Virus record (IMG/VR): IMGVR_UViG_3300048606_000120
Location: 45,518-109,517 of that record
Source: a virus
Lineage: Duplodnaviria > Caudoviricetes
DNA: 64,000 bases
Direction: 5' to 3' (one strand)
Position 1 is the stretch's first letter. Each line of letters opens with the position of its first letter. The position numbers and the translations under genes were made by a program. Positions 1-9,741 of this stretch are shown piece after piece. Under the pieces are notes generated by a model. It saw only the letters and a program-made list of their open reading frames with translations. It did no database searches and had not been told where the DNA came from.

Positions 1-1
1 C

Positions 2-196
2 ATCACAGATGCGCTCCGTGACATCGCAGACGACCTCTCGGGAGTCAGAGGAGCGACTGTCACGGCTCCGGCGCTGGCGGCGTTCACCGACCCGCCAGCG
101 GCCGCCGAGATGGCTTTGCTGCGCACGCTCGTGAATGAGCTGCGCGCGGCGCAGGTCACCCGATTCGGAACGACCCTCCTCACGACGAAGGTCTGA
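2..196 (+). CDS. partial (5'-truncated) virion head-region protein
   Basis: Open frame from window start to TGA at 194-196 (ITDALRDIADD...TLLTTKV), upstream of neck genes. Confidence 0.55.
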   Translation: MTDALRDIADDLSGVRGATVTAPALAAFTDPPAAAEMALLRTLVNELRAAQVTRFGTTLLTTKV

Positions 197-203
197 ATAA
201 GCC

Positions 204-692
204 ATGCTGGTACGACTGAAGCCGTTCAACGAGCGGAAGCGGCACTTGACTCGAACCTACATGTTCGATGGGGTTCGCTTCTTCGTCGATCGTGGATGGT
301 ACGACGTGGCGGACGCGTTCGCTGATCGGCTTCGCGACTTGCGCCAGGACTACCACGATCCCGACTCGCCGCTTTTGTTCGACGTGTGCACTCCGAAGCA
401 GGCGGAGGCTCTCGAGCAAGCCGAGGTCGCTGCCGAAGTGAAGGCGACTGCGCGTCGTCCTGCGACTGTGGTGACGACCCGATCGCAGGAGGAGCGCAAG
501 CAGCAGCAGTCTTCTGAATCGGGAGACATGACCTCGGCAGACGTGACGTCGCCGTCGCCAGCTCCGGCGATGATCGACCCGGCTGACGAAGACGTCGACG
601 CCGAGGAAGAGCAAGGCCGAGTGGTCGAGGTCGGGCGCGTCAGCAAATCGAGCCCGCCGTCGTCAGGGCCCAAAGAACGCCGCAAGAAGTGA
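204..692 (+). CDS. hypothetical phage protein
   Basis: 162-aa ORF, co-directional, GTGA overlap with next gene. Confidence 0.7.
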   Translation: MLVRLKPFNERKRHLTRTYMFDGVRFFVDRGWYDVADAFADRLRDLRQDYHDPDSPLLFDVCTPKQAEALEQAEVAAEVKATARRPATVVTTRSQEERKQQQSSESGDMTSADVTSPSPAPAMIDPADEDVDAEEEQGRVVEVGRVSKSSPPSSGPKERRKK

Positions 693-1081
693 GCGGCGGT
701 CTTCGTGGCGGGCTGCTGCCTGATGAGGATGCCGTCGCTTATCCGAGCACGCGCCGAGAGGTCGTGATCCCGGCTGCCCCGCCGCCGCCGTCCAAGGCAG
801 TTGGCGACGTCGGGAGGCATCTCCAGGCCGTCAAGGATTTGCGCGAGGTGCCGCGCGAGCTCGAAGGCCGCTTGGCCGCCCGGTTCAATGACGGCACGTT
901 CCAAGCTCGCTGGGATGAGATCGTCATCGAGGCCGAAGCAGCAGGCGCAGACGGCAACCAGGCCCTAGGCATTGCGGCGCGCGAGCTCATGATCGATTTC
1001 GTCGAGTTGCTTCGGGCGGTGCTGTTCGAGCGCGAGAAGGCTGCGTTCGAGCAGATGCGGAACGGCGGCCAGACGCGCTAG
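689..1081 (+). CDS. hypothetical phage protein
   Basis: 130-aa ORF coupled to previous gene. Confidence 0.65.
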   Translation: MSGGLRGGLLPDEDAVAYPSTRREVVIPAAPPPPSKAVGDVGRHLQAVKDLREVPRELEGRLAARFNDGTFQARWDEIVIEAEAAGADGNQALGIAARELMIDFVELLRAVLFEREKAAFEQMRNGGQTR

Positions 1082-1091
1082 GCTGCGGATC

Positions 1092-1826
1092 ATGTACGCC
1101 AGCGTGCAGGAGCTTCGCGACGAGGGGGTGACTGAAGCTCAAGCGAGCGACGAGCAGCTGCTCGCTCGAATCGCTCGCAGCACGGCGCTGATCGATCGCT
1201 GGACTGGCAGGTGGTTCGAGCCTCGAGCCAAGACACTCCTGCTCGACGGATCGGGCGGTGCGATCCTGCAGCTCGGGCCTCCCATCATCTCGATCACTGA
1301 GGTGCGGCTTCTGGGCCAGGGATCGCTGCTCATCACGAGTTCAGACGAGGTGGTCGACCTCGACCAAGTGCGCATCTACAACCGTCACATCACGTCTGGT
1401 CTCACCGATCCGGACGATCGTGACGATCCGAAGATCCAGTGGCTCGCGTTCGAGCGTGGGCGCCGCATGCCTGAGATTGCGGCCATCTCGTATTTCTCGA
1501 AGGGAGTGCAGAACATCCAAGTGACGGGCGTGTTCGGCTACACCGATCCGGATCTCGATGATCCCGACAACCTCGAGGGCGTGACTCCGACTCTCATCAC
1601 CTACGCCTGCATGCAGATGGTCGTGGCTGATTTGCCGAAGCTCGGCGACACGGAGTCACGCGACGAACAGGTGATGCGTGGCCGGATCACCTCGCTGCGC
1701 ACTCGGGATCAGTCCATCACGTGGTCGGCGCTCAACTCAAAGCAGCAGGGAGCGTGGACAGGTTCGCCGAACGTCGACAACATCATCGCCAGCTATCGCA
1801 GGCCTCCAACACTCGGAGCGGTTTGA
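1092..1826 (+). CDS. head-tail adaptor/connector protein
   Basis: N-terminus MYASVQELRDEG...IARSTALIDRWTGRWF typical of gp6/gp15-like adaptors; synteny. Confidence 0.75.
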   Translation: MYASVQELRDEGVTEAQASDEQLLARIARSTALIDRWTGRWFEPRAKTLLLDGSGGAILQLGPPIISITEVRLLGQGSLLITSSDEVVDLDQVRIYNRHITSGLTDPDDRDDPKIQWLAFERGRRMPEIAAISYFSKGVQNIQVTGVFGYTDPDLDDPDNLEGVTPTLITYACMQMVVADLPKLGDTESRDEQVMRGRITSLRTRDQSITWSALNSKQQGAWTGSPNVDNIIASYRRPPTLGAV

Positions 1827-2080
1827 TGGAGATCGAGTTCCACAAGAAGACACTCGGCGATGGCTTTGCCGAGATTCGAGTTGTGATCCCGCGCCCGTCT
1901 AGCGACTCGCCGGACATCTCGGTCACGGGCGAGCTGGCACGCAAGACGTGGATCAAGTTCGTGTTGGCCACGTCAGCTGGCATCGCTCACAGCTGCAACT
2001 GGCGAGAACTTGCTGTGGCTATCAGCGATTTGTGGGAGAGCGTGATGGTCGCTCTTCAAGAAGAGCAGAAGGGCGACTGA
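1826..2080 (+). CDS. small hypothetical protein
   Basis: ATG at 1826 overlapping upstream TGA (TGATG). Confidence 0.55.
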   Translation: MEIEFHKKTLGDGFAEIRVVIPRPSSDSPDISVTGELARKTWIKFVLATSAGIAHSCNWRELAVAISDLWESVMVALQEEQKGD

Positions 2081-2081
2081 C

Positions 2082-2618
2082 GTGCCGCGTGGGCGCCTTA
2101 TTTTCCCGTTCAACGTCGAGCTCGGCTTGCTCGACACGGCAGCGACCGCGGCTGATCCGGACGGGGCAGGACCACTCGAGTCAGGCTACGACGACGAGTT
2201 CCGCGAACCGGTCATGGTACCGCCTGGCAGTGGCAGTGCTCGGGGGCAAGTACGGCGCGTGGAGACTGTGTTCACGTTCAAGGCGCAGATCGAAGATGAC
2301 ACGGATGATGCGTTGGAGATGGCCGCAAGCGGCAACAACCCAAACAACACGATCGGGCTGGTCTTCCACTTTCGAGATCTCGAGGAGGCTGGCGCCGTGC
2401 AGGTCTCCTCAGGGAAGGCGATCATCAAAGCGCCGGGCGCTCGTCTGATCTCGATCAGCAACCCGAGGACGGGGGCGCTAATCGAGCGATTCGATGCGCC
2501 TCCAGGCTATTGGGCGGTGCAGGCGAAGAGCATGGGGTTCGGCATGGGTCCTGAGCGGAACCTGCTGCTGGTAGTCTTCCAGGAGCGCGACGTGAGCGTG
2601 TCGCCGACTGGAGGCTGA
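2082..2618 (+). CDS. putative head-closure protein
   Basis: 178-aa ORF between adaptor and gp10-like gene; function from synteny only. Confidence 0.5.
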   Translation: MPRGRLIFPFNVELGLLDTAATAADPDGAGPLESGYDDEFREPVMVPPGSGSARGQVRRVETVFTFKAQIEDDTDDALEMAASGNNPNNTIGLVFHFRDLEEAGAVQVSSGKAIIKAPGARLISISNPRTGALIERFDAPPGYWAVQAKSMGFGMGPERNLLLVVFQERDVSVSPTGG

Positions 2619-2621
2619 CCA

Positions 2622-2783
2622 GTGGCGAAGCGCAGCATCGCTCGCATGGTGGTCGCTGTCGCGCTTCACATGCTGGAGTCGCTCGCTGAGGATCCAAACG
2701 AGGATGCCACTGGGCTCGATGCGTATGACCGCGCGATCAAGGCGGTGCGTGAGCTGCTCGAGAACGTCGAGGAGTCGTCATGA
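2622..2783 (+). CDS. small hypothetical protein (53 aa, not in ORF track)
   Basis: GGAGG before GTG 2622; ATGA overlap with next gene. Confidence 0.55.
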   Translation: MAKRSIARMVVAVALHMLESLAEDPNEDATGLDAYDRAIKAVRELLENVEESS

Positions 2784-3451
2784 TCAAAGCAAAGCTCTTT
2801 GGCGACTGGTCGAAGGCTGCGGCGATCCTGGGCGACGTTCAGCGGGTGAAGAAGGCGATCAACTGGGCTGTGGTGCAAGAAGCTCAGCAGGCTCGCCGCG
2901 ACATCGTCAAGGGCATCACGTCTCAGGCGCCGGGCGGACGGCCGTTCGCGGCTCTCAGCGCGATCACGCTCGCTCTGCGGAAGGCGAAGGGGTTTGGCGG
3001 CCAGAAAGCGCTGATTCGAACTGCAGGTTTACGCAACTCGATCACGGTGAAGCAGGCAGGCCCTGGGAAGGCCTTCGTCGGCGTGCTGCGAGGAGCGCAG
3101 TCGAAGGATGGCCGCGCAATGGTCAACGTCGCTCGCGTGCACGAAGAGGGCGCGACGATCGTGATTCGAGTCACTCCCAAGATGCGCAAGTGGCTCATGA
3201 TGCAGTTGCGCAGAGCTGGATTCGGTGTGAAGAAAACCGGGCGCGACAAGAAGGGCAAGTTCACGAAGGGCAAGTTCAAGTCCTCGGGGACCGGGCAGAT
3301 CTCCAAAGGTGTGATGGTCATCCGGATCGTTGCTCGCCCGTTCATCCGACCGGTCATCGAGAAGATCAACTCGCAGCCAGACGCGCTGCGCCGCCGCCTT
3401 GCCGGACGCATCTCCAAGAAGCTCGGGATGACGCTCGGCGACGGCACGTGA
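2780..3451 (+). CDS. HK97 gp10-like / virion morphogenesis neck protein
   Basis: Basic protein with LIRTAGLRNSI, ARVHEEGA and IVARPFIRP motifs. Confidence 0.75.
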   Translation: MIKAKLFGDWSKAAAILGDVQRVKKAINWAVVQEAQQARRDIVKGITSQAPGGRPFAALSAITLALRKAKGFGGQKALIRTAGLRNSITVKQAGPGKAFVGVLRGAQSKDGRAMVNVARVHEEGATIVIRVTPKMRKWLMMQLRRAGFGVKKTGRDKKGKFTKGKFKSSGTGQISKGVMVIRIVARPFIRPVIEKINSQPDALRRRLAGRISKKLGMTLGDGT

Positions 3452-3490
3452 AAACTGCGGACTGACGCTCGGCTAGCGTAGCGTTCTCGT

Positions 3491-4477
3491 GTGGCTGTTC
3501 CGACCATCACATCGGTCACTCCGGCGTTCGGGCATACCGGAGGACAAACCCTCGTCGAGATCCTGGGCAGTGGCTTTCAGACGTGGGTGATCCCGCCTCC
3601 CTCGAGCGAACCGAGCAGCGATCCGTGGCCCACGGTCGAAGTGCTGTTTGGCGGCTCTCAAGGGACTGATGTAGCGGTTGTGACGAGCAGCCGGCTGTTC
3701 GTGCGAGCTCCGTCATCGCCGCTGGCGGGGATCAAGCCGGCATTCGGCGAAGGGGCCGTCGATCTGGTCGTGCGCAACATCGACAGTGATGGAGTTTTGA
3801 TCGGAGCCGAAACGGTTACACAGCTTGCTGGTTATGCGTATAGGCGAGCGCAGCTGGCAACTGAATCTGACATGGCTCGCTTGGTCCGGCAGCTGATCAT
3901 CGAGTTGCGCAAGCAAGTCATCCCAAACGTGTCGATCACCAATCATTCGGACTTCGACATTGACACAACGGATCTCGCGAACATCGTCGATGTGGCGCAG
4001 TTGCCGGCTCTCGTGATCTTCGGGCCGCAGCTGCAGGAGAATCGCTTCTACAGCGTGAATGGCATGGTCAACGTTTCTCGAGCTGGGTTCGAGAGCGATC
4101 GTCGGCGAGCGCCTGACACTGACGACTTGGCCTTCACGTTCCTCGGCATCTCCGATCTCAAGGGCGAAGCTCTCAGCTTGCAGAGCCTCGTGAGGCAGTT
4201 CTTCAAAACGAATCGTTGGCTGCAACTGCAGCGCGATCCGAACGATGCATCTCTCGGCTTCGTCAAGTACGACATGCAGCTGGACTCGGGAGCTGGTGGA
4301 ATTGGCTACTCGCCGCCGGCAGACCAGAAGTCGAACCTCAGATCTTTTTCCGGTAGCTTCGTCGTGCGTGGGTTCGACCACGAAGATCTGGTCGGGTTCG
4401 CCGGAAGCGACGCTGTGGGCCGCCTGCATCAGGTAACCGAAGATCCTTCGATCACCTCGCACAACAAGGACGGGTGA
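3491..4477 (+). CDS. IPT/TIG Ig-like domain fused to putative tail terminator
   Basis: PTITSVTPAFGHTGGQTLVEILGSGF is an IPT/TIG start; C-terminal half occupies the terminator position before the sheath. Confidence 0.65.
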   Translation: MAVPTITSVTPAFGHTGGQTLVEILGSGFQTWVIPPPSSEPSSDPWPTVEVLFGGSQGTDVAVVTSSRLFVRAPSSPLAGIKPAFGEGAVDLVVRNIDSDGVLIGAETVTQLAGYAYRRAQLATESDMARLVRQLIIELRKQVIPNVSITNHSDFDIDTTDLANIVDVAQLPALVIFGPQLQENRFYSVNGMVNVSRAGFESDRRRAPDTDDLAFTFLGISDLKGEALSLQSLVRQFFKTNRWLQLQRDPNDASLGFVKYDMQLDSGAGGIGYSPPADQKSNLRSFSGSFVVRGFDHEDLVGFAGSDAVGRLHQVTEDPSITSHNKDG

Positions 4478-4478
4478 T

Positions 4479-4859
4479 GTGGCAGCTACCCTGAAGAACA
4501 ACTCGAAGCAGGCCGTGGTCCTCGTGCTCGATCACCCGGCGTTCGCGAACAAGGAGAGCGGCTGGAGTAGGGGTGTGGGTCGCTTCGCCGCGTCGACCGA
4601 GGAAGGGCACCGTGTCGTTTCAGAGGTGCGGCGCTCCTACGCCGGATCGCTGACCATTCTTCCAGGCGAGTCAGTCGAAGGCCTCCACGAAGCGATCGAG
4701 CATTGCTCGCAAGTGCCGGCGCTGCGCGCTGCCAAGGTGCTGACGCTGACGATTCAGCCGGACGGCGAGCAACCGCCTCCGCTCAAGTCCGCCCTTGTCG
4801 AACGTCAGCCACTTGGCGACGTCGAGATCCAGAAGGCCGATTCGAAGAAGAAGGGTTGA
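4479..4859 (+). CDS. hypothetical protein preceding sheath
   Basis: 126-aa ORF tightly packed. Confidence 0.65.
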   Translation: MAATLKNNSKQAVVLVLDHPAFANKESGWSRGVGRFAASTEEGHRVVSEVRRSYAGSLTILPGESVEGLHEAIEHCSQVPALRAAKVLTLTIQPDGEQPPPLKSALVERQPLGDVEIQKADSKKKG

Positions 4860-4862
4860 TCC

Positions 4863-7118
4863 ATGAGCGCTCAGCTTCTCAGCTCCAAGATCATCGTGCA
4901 GGAGGAAGAGCCCTCACTACGCGTGATCCAACCATCGGCGACTGGAGTGCTCGCGTGCAACGGGATCACCGCGAAGGGCCCAGTCGGAGCGTCAACCCTT
5001 TGCACGTCGTTCGAGCAGTTCGTGAAGATCTTCGGCGGCGACATCTCGTCTGGAATCGCCACGTCTGCGGTTCGCGCCTTCTTCGCGAACGGCGGACAGC
5101 GCTTGTACTTCACGCGTGTCGTTCACTACAGCGACATCACGAACGCAGCTTCAAAGACAAGTGCTGCTGGCACGCTGAGCCTGCAGACGGCTGCAGCGGC
5201 TCCATCTGCCGGAGCTGCTCTGGGTTCGATCGTGGGTCCGTTCGCGCTTGCCAACGGCGACACGCTGCTGGTGTCTCGTGATGCGCTCGGCACTGCGACC
5301 GCGACATTCACCGCGACTCGCGCGACTCGCACAGCCGCCAATGCGCCGACGTATGTGCTCACGAATGGCATGACCTTGACCGTGAAGATCAACGGCGGCG
5401 CCGTGCAGACCATCACGTTCACCACGGGTGCTTTCGTGTCGATCGGAGCTGCGACGGGAGCCGAGGTAGTCGCCGTGATCAACGCTGCGCTGCAAGGCGG
5501 CTTCGCAGACCTGAACTCGGGCACGCCTCGGATCAACAGCGACAAGCTCGGCACGGGCAGCCACGTCGAGGTCACTGGAGGCACAGCGAACACTCCAATC
5601 GGCTTCGTGACAGCGGTGGTCAATGGGACCGGCAACGTCGCAGATGCGAGTGCAGTCACCGTCGCCGAGGTCAAGACGATCGTCGAAGGTGCTGTCTCGG
5701 GCGTGACTGTTTCGAATGCTGGCGGCGCGGTGGCGATCACGTCGAACACAACTGGCGCTTCGAGCTCTGTGCAAGTGACTGCTCCGAGCACGGCGGACGA
5801 TGAGCTCGGCTTCGACAACGCCACTCACACGGGCAGCACTGGCACAGCGGTCAACACGTTGACGGTGGATGCGAAGTACGACGGCACGTATTCGTCGAAT
5901 GTCACTGTGCTGGTCAGCTCGGCGACGTCCGGAGTTGCCGCCGAGTTCAACCTGGCGATCCTCTACAACGGCGTGACGGTCGAGCGTTTTCCGAACCTCA
6001 CGATGCTGGATTCGGGAGCGCGATTCGTAGAGACGATCGTGAACGCAGAGGACGGCGGGTCTGGGTACATTCACGTGACTGACCTCGACGTGAATCCTGC
6101 GAGCGCAGTTGCGGAGAGACCCGCCAACAGCTCGGGCAGCCCGGCAGTGGCGTTCGGTCCGTTGACGGGAGGCAGTGACGGGCTTGCGTCGATTGCCGAT
6201 GTGGACTTCGTCGGCGACTCATCGAGTCACACTGGGTTCTTCTCGTTCGACCTGAACTCTGACATCGACCTGCTCATCAGTCCGGAGCGAGCGACGCCGG
6301 CGGTTCAGAACGCGATGCTTTCGTACGCATCGGTCACTCGCAACGGCGAAGTGTTCGCCGTTCTCGATCCGCCGGCTGGTCTTTCTCCCGAAGGAGTTAA
6401 CACCTACGTCGAGACGACCGCGGCGATCCGGAACCTGACAGAACACGGCGGGTTCTACTGGCCTCGCGTGAAGGTGCTCAACCCAAACGCGACTGTGTTC
6501 GGGTCAGCCGAGACGATCATCGTGCCTCCCTCTGGCCACATCGCTGGCATGTTCAGCCGCACCGACAGTTCACGTGTCGGCGGCGTCTACGAACCGCCAG
6601 GCGGGGTGGAGAAGGGAGTGCTGGCGGGTGTGGTTGGGCTCGAGAACGATCGGGTCAACGACGAGAACGTGCGCGACCTGATCGCCCCCAAGCAGATCAA
6701 CCCGATCTGCAAGCTGCGCGGCTACTCGATCGCGGTCGACGACGTGCAGACGCTTCGGATGGGCGGCGCGTTCCCGACCGTGTCTGAGCGTCGTGGCGTG
6801 TCGTTCATCGAGCGGTCGATCAAGGATGGGCTGCAGTTCGCTCGGCTGCGGAACAACGACGAGAGCTTGCGCGACGAGGTCTCTCGCACGATCGAGGCGT
6901 TCCTGCTGGTGCAGATGCGGGTGAAGGCGTTCCGCTCGATGGATCCGGAGAAGGCCTTCTTCGTCGACGTCGGCGACGCTCTCAATCCTCCGACCGAGCA
7001 GTTCGCCGGCAAGCTCAACGCCCGCATTGGGCTCGCGACGCAGAAGCCGAGCCGATTCTTGATCCTGTCGTTCGCCCAAGACACGCGAGCCATCGACGAA
7101 GAAACTGCAGCTGGCTGA
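4863..7118 (+). CDS. contractile tail sheath protein
   Basis: KGPVG..TSFEQFVKIFGG, AVRAFFANGG, YWPRVKV, VPPSGHIAG, INPI motifs. Confidence 0.95.
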   Translation: MSAQLLSSKIIVQEEEPSLRVIQPSATGVLACNGITAKGPVGASTLCTSFEQFVKIFGGDISSGIATSAVRAFFANGGQRLYFTRVVHYSDITNAASKTSAAGTLSLQTAAAAPSAGAALGSIVGPFALANGDTLLVSRDALGTATATFTATRATRTAANAPTYVLTNGMTLTVKINGGAVQTITFTTGAFVSIGAATGAEVVAVINAALQGGFADLNSGTPRINSDKLGTGSHVEVTGGTANTPIGFVTAVVNGTGNVADASAVTVAEVKTIVEGAVSGVTVSNAGGAVAITSNTTGASSSVQVTAPSTADDELGFDNATHTGSTGTAVNTLTVDAKYDGTYSSNVTVLVSSATSGVAAEFNLAILYNGVTVERFPNLTMLDSGARFVETIVNAEDGGSGYIHVTDLDVNPASAVAERPANSSGSPAVAFGPLTGGSDGLASIADVDFVGDSSSHTGFFSFDLNSDIDLLISPERATPAVQNAMLSYASVTRNGEVFAVLDPPAGLSPEGVNTYVETTAAIRNLTEHGGFYWPRVKVLNPNATVFGSAETIIVPPSGHIAGMFSRTDSSRVGGVYEPPGGVEKGVLAGVVGLENDRVNDENVRDLIAPKQINPICKLRGYSIAVDDVQTLRMGGAFPTVSERRGVSFIERSIKDGLQFARLRNNDESLRDEVSRTIEAFLLVQMRVKAFRSMDPEKAFFVDVGDALNPPTEQFAGKLNARIGLATQKPSRFLILSFAQDTRAIDEETAAG

Positions 7119-7131
7119 TTAGGAGACAACG

Positions 7132-7599
7132 ATGCCGGTCATCGGAAAACCGCGTCACTTTCACACCAAGTTTCGCTTCTTGGTTGAGGTCGACGGCTTG
7201 GGCAGCGCGGCTTTCCAGAGCTGTTCAGAGCTCAAGGCCGAGATCGCGAAGATCGAGTACTTCGAGGGCGGCGTCATCATCCCGAATAAAGATCCGGGCC
7301 GCATGACGATCAGCGACCTGACGATCGAGCGAGCCGCGACGAAGGACATTGACCTCTACAACTGGTTTCAGATCACGTCGAATGCGGCTCTCAACGGCGG
7401 CCTGGCGAGTCCTCTCTTCAAGCGCATGGGAGCGGTCGTTCAGTTCGACCGTGACAATCGCACCCTGCGTCGTTGGCGGCTCGCCGGCCTGTGGCCGCTC
7501 TCGTTCGTAGCGGGGGCATGGGACAACAACTCGGACGAGTTCACGATGGAGCAACTCGTTCTCACCTTCGATTTCTTCCAGCTCACGAAGAACGCCTGA
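7132..7599 (+). CDS. tail tube protein (T4 gp19-like)
   Basis: FRFLVEVDG..FQSCSEL..IEYFEGG..KDPGR..LYNWF; follows sheath. Confidence 0.93.
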   Translation: MPVIGKPRHFHTKFRFLVEVDGLGSAAFQSCSELKAEIAKIEYFEGGVIIPNKDPGRMTISDLTIERAATKDIDLYNWFQITSNAALNGGLASPLFKRMGAVVQFDRDNRTLRRWRLAGLWPLSFVAGAWDNNSDEFTMEQLVLTFDFFQLTKNA

Positions 7600-7607
7600 G
7601 CGGCGCA

Positions 7608-7811
7608 GTGACGGCAGCGGATCCCAATCGCGACTACCTGCGCTTTGTCGAGCGCATGCGGCAGTGGGAGGTTCGTGCTGAGGCGGTGAAGCGAACGCGT
7701 TCGGCGGGTCTGTACGCAGACGAAGAAGAGTTGCCCGAGGTCGAGTTCGACGAAGCTCGCCGTCGCTACCGTCGAAAGGTCAAGGACCTGCCTCGGGTGA
7801 GGCGTGCATGA
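7608..7811 (+). CDS. small hypothetical protein
   Basis: GTG 7608, ATGA coupling to next ORF. Confidence 0.5.
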   Translation: MTAADPNRDYLRFVERMRQWEVRAEAVKRTRSAGLYADEEELPEVEFDEARRRYRRKVKDLPRVRRA

Positions 7812-8017
7812 GTTTGGTCGGCGTGGTCGTCGGCATCCTCTGCATGGAGGTGGGTTACGAGCTCGGCAGGTTCGTTCAGAACCGCAGCCAGCGGCAGATG
7901 ATGGATATGCTCCTGGAGCGCGATGCGCAGCTCCTGGAGGCGCAGCGCGAGCTTACGGGCTATGTGCGAGAGATGGTCGACGAAGTCCGGAGCGGCCGCT
8001 TGAGCCGCATGCACTGA
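7808..8017 (+). CDS. small membrane-anchored coiled-coil protein
   Basis: Hydrophobic N-terminus then heptad-like segment. Confidence 0.55.
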   Translation: MSLVGVVVGILCMEVGYELGRFVQNRSQRQMMDMLLERDAQLLEAQRELTGYVREMVDEVRSGRLSRMH

Positions 8018-8030
8018 AGGGTCCCGAACC

Positions 8031-8207
8031 ATGACCGTCCATTGGGCTCTTGTCGCGTTCGCCGTACCTTTCAGCTGGTTCAGTGGCTTCTGGTTCGGTC
8101 GCCTAGCCGAGGCCTACAAGTGGCAAGGCAAGGCCCACTCATCACGGGTCGCTGGACCGCGCATGCTCAGTGGCGGGCACTTTTACCGGGTGCATTTCGA
8201 CGACTGA
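8031..8207 (+). CDS. small membrane protein (58 aa, not in ORF track)
   Basis: MTVHWALVAFAVPFSWFSGFWFG... translated by hand. Confidence 0.4.
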   Translation: MTVHWALVAFAVPFSWFSGFWFGRLAEAYKWQGKAHSSRVAGPRMLSGGHFYRVHFDD

Positions 8208-8362
8208 GGCAGCAGCACTGTTCTGAACTCATACCGTGCGTCACAGACAACGCACGGCGTGTCCTCTGGATCGATCTCGGCGCACAGACACTCTGCCCAC
8301 GCGTAGCCAGGTTCTGGCTTGTGCTCGATCGTGTCGATGCGAACTAGCTCGGGTCGGTTCAT
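8183..8362 (-). CDS. small Cys-rich protein (59 aa, not in ORF track)
   Basis: MNRPELV...CLC...CVVC...; ATG abuts stop of 8363-8587. Confidence 0.5.
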   Translation of the reverse strand: MNRPELVRIDTIEHKPEPGYAWAECLCAEIDPEDTPCVVCDARYEFRTVLLPQSSKCTR

Positions 8363-8587
8363 TTAGGTCCTCACCACAGCCCGACGGCGCTGCCAGCGGC
8401 CAGTGCTCTTGAGCATCGACTGCACGATCCAGCGCATCCGTTCGTAGCCGCACTGGGTGCATTGGAATCGAGCCCGAGAGCAGCAGCCTCGTCGTTCTCC
8501 CAAATGCAGCTTGACCGCTTCGGCGGCGTCACAGCGGCTGCAGGGGAGATTCAGAAGCTCTCGCCAGCGGATTAGACGCTTCGGCAT
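8363..8587 (-). CDS. small zinc-ribbon protein
   Basis: CSRC...CTQC. Confidence 0.55.
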   Translation of the reverse strand: MPKRLIRWRELLNLPCSRCDAAEAVKLHLGERRGCCSRARFQCTQCGYERMRWIVQSMLKSTGRWQRRRAVVRT

Positions 8588-8727
8588 TGGTTGTCCGTGA
8601 GGAGCCGTGAACGGGCGTCACATCCGTCCACGGCTCCACCGGAGTGCTTTTGGGGTAGCGCAGCTTTCGGCTACGTTCAAGGGGCTATTCGTGATCTCCA
8701 CCGTGCGGCGTGGTACGACGTGTGGGC

Positions 8728-8916
8728 ATGGACGACGAGCCCGACAACGAGTTCACCGAAGCGGAGCGGCCGTCGACTCGCCATCGACTTGGCCAGCTGG
8801 AGCTCATACCGGAGCGAGTCACTTTGCTGGAGCGTCAGATGCAGTGCGTTTGGCCGCTGCTCGTGTGCATGGGTCTAGCGGTTGGTGCGCTGCTCGGGCG
8901 CGGCTGCATAGGCTAG
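8728..8916 (+). CDS. small membrane protein
   Basis: Acidic N-terminus, C-terminal hydrophobic segment. Confidence 0.5.
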   Translation: MDDEPDNEFTEAERPSTRHRLGQLELIPERVTLLERQMQCVWPLLVCMGLAVGALLGRGCIG

Positions 8917-8929
8917 ACTCGAGAGGCAA

Positions 8930-9265
8930 ATGAAGCAGGCTTGCGAATGCTGTCGCCGCAAAGTGATTTGGGCGTACACCGACAACGGCAGTCGCATGAT
9001 CCTCGACTGTGAGCCGTCATCGACAGGTCCTATCGTAGTCACGCAAACGCCGGACGGCTTGCACGCTCGGATCTTGCCGCGCCATCAGCGCAAGCAGCCA
9101 CAGCCAGACATTGACCCGACCACTCGCTACCGATCCCATTACCTTATCTGTCCGGAGTCTGAGCAGCAGGGCAACCAGCACAAGCCTCGCAAGCGGAGCA
9201 AGAGCAAGGTCGGGGCGCGTGAGAAGCGCATGCAGCATATCCGAGCTCTGCTGAAGGAGTCTTAG
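8930..9265 (+). CDS. zinc-binding phage protein
   Basis: CECC..VIWA..LDCEP...HYLICP pattern; GAGG RBS. Confidence 0.65.
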   Translation: MKQACECCRRKVIWAYTDNGSRMILDCEPSSTGPIVVTQTPDGLHARILPRHQRKQPQPDIDPTTRYRSHYLICPESEQQGNQHKPRKRSKSKVGAREKRMQHIRALLKES

Positions 9266-9657
9266 CGAGGGCTCTGCTCGCTCGCAGCGCTGGCTAGGCG
9301 CCTCTTGGGAGCGGAGTCGAGCCATTCAAGCAGGTTGTCGATGCCGGCCCGCACATCGTCTGGCAGGTGCGGCAGCGTGGCTGCGATGGCCAGCCGCAGC
9401 AGTTGGATCGACTTGTTCAGCCGCATCGTTTCGATCGTTTTGCGAGCGACCTCGGACTGAAAATCGTCAAGCCAACGCTGCGTGCGAGCGTGAGCCGCTC
9501 TCTCCGCGGCGAGCTGTTCTTTGAGCGCAGCAGCGATGTCCGACGGTCGCTCTGCTGGCGTGAATGCCGGGCAGTTGCTTGCGCACGGCGGCTCGTATCC
9601 GCACTCGCACCATGTCGATTTTGAGGGCGCTTGGTCTGTCACGAAGGCCTCCTCCAA
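9262..9657 (-). CDS. hypothetical protein (CxC..CxxxC plus coiled coil)
   Basis: 131-aa ORF; start may be the downstream GTG after GGAGG. Confidence 0.55.
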   Translation of the reverse strand: MEEAFVTDQAPSKSTWCECGYEPPCASNCPAFTPAERPSDIAAALKEQLAAERAAHARTQRWLDDFQSEVARKTIETMRLNKSIQLLRLAIAATLPHLPDDVRAGIDNLLEWLDSAPKRRLASAASEQSPR

Positions 9658-9660
9658 GAA

Positions 9661-9682
9661 GTTGTAACCTCGAGGTTACAAC
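9661..9682. promoter_or_regulatory. conserved palindrome copy 1 (GTTGTAACCTCGAGGTTACAAC)
   Basis: Perfect 22-bp palindrome between divergent genes. Confidence 0.85.
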
Positions 9683-9741
9683 AAGTTGCGAGTTCAACCC
9701 GCTTCCATTTATTCCCTACTGAGGCACCGAAAAGGATCTAC

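Noticed and set aside
9661-9682. Palindrome as canonical parS or intrinsic terminator
   Set aside because: Does not match the parS consensus and has no consistent U-tract
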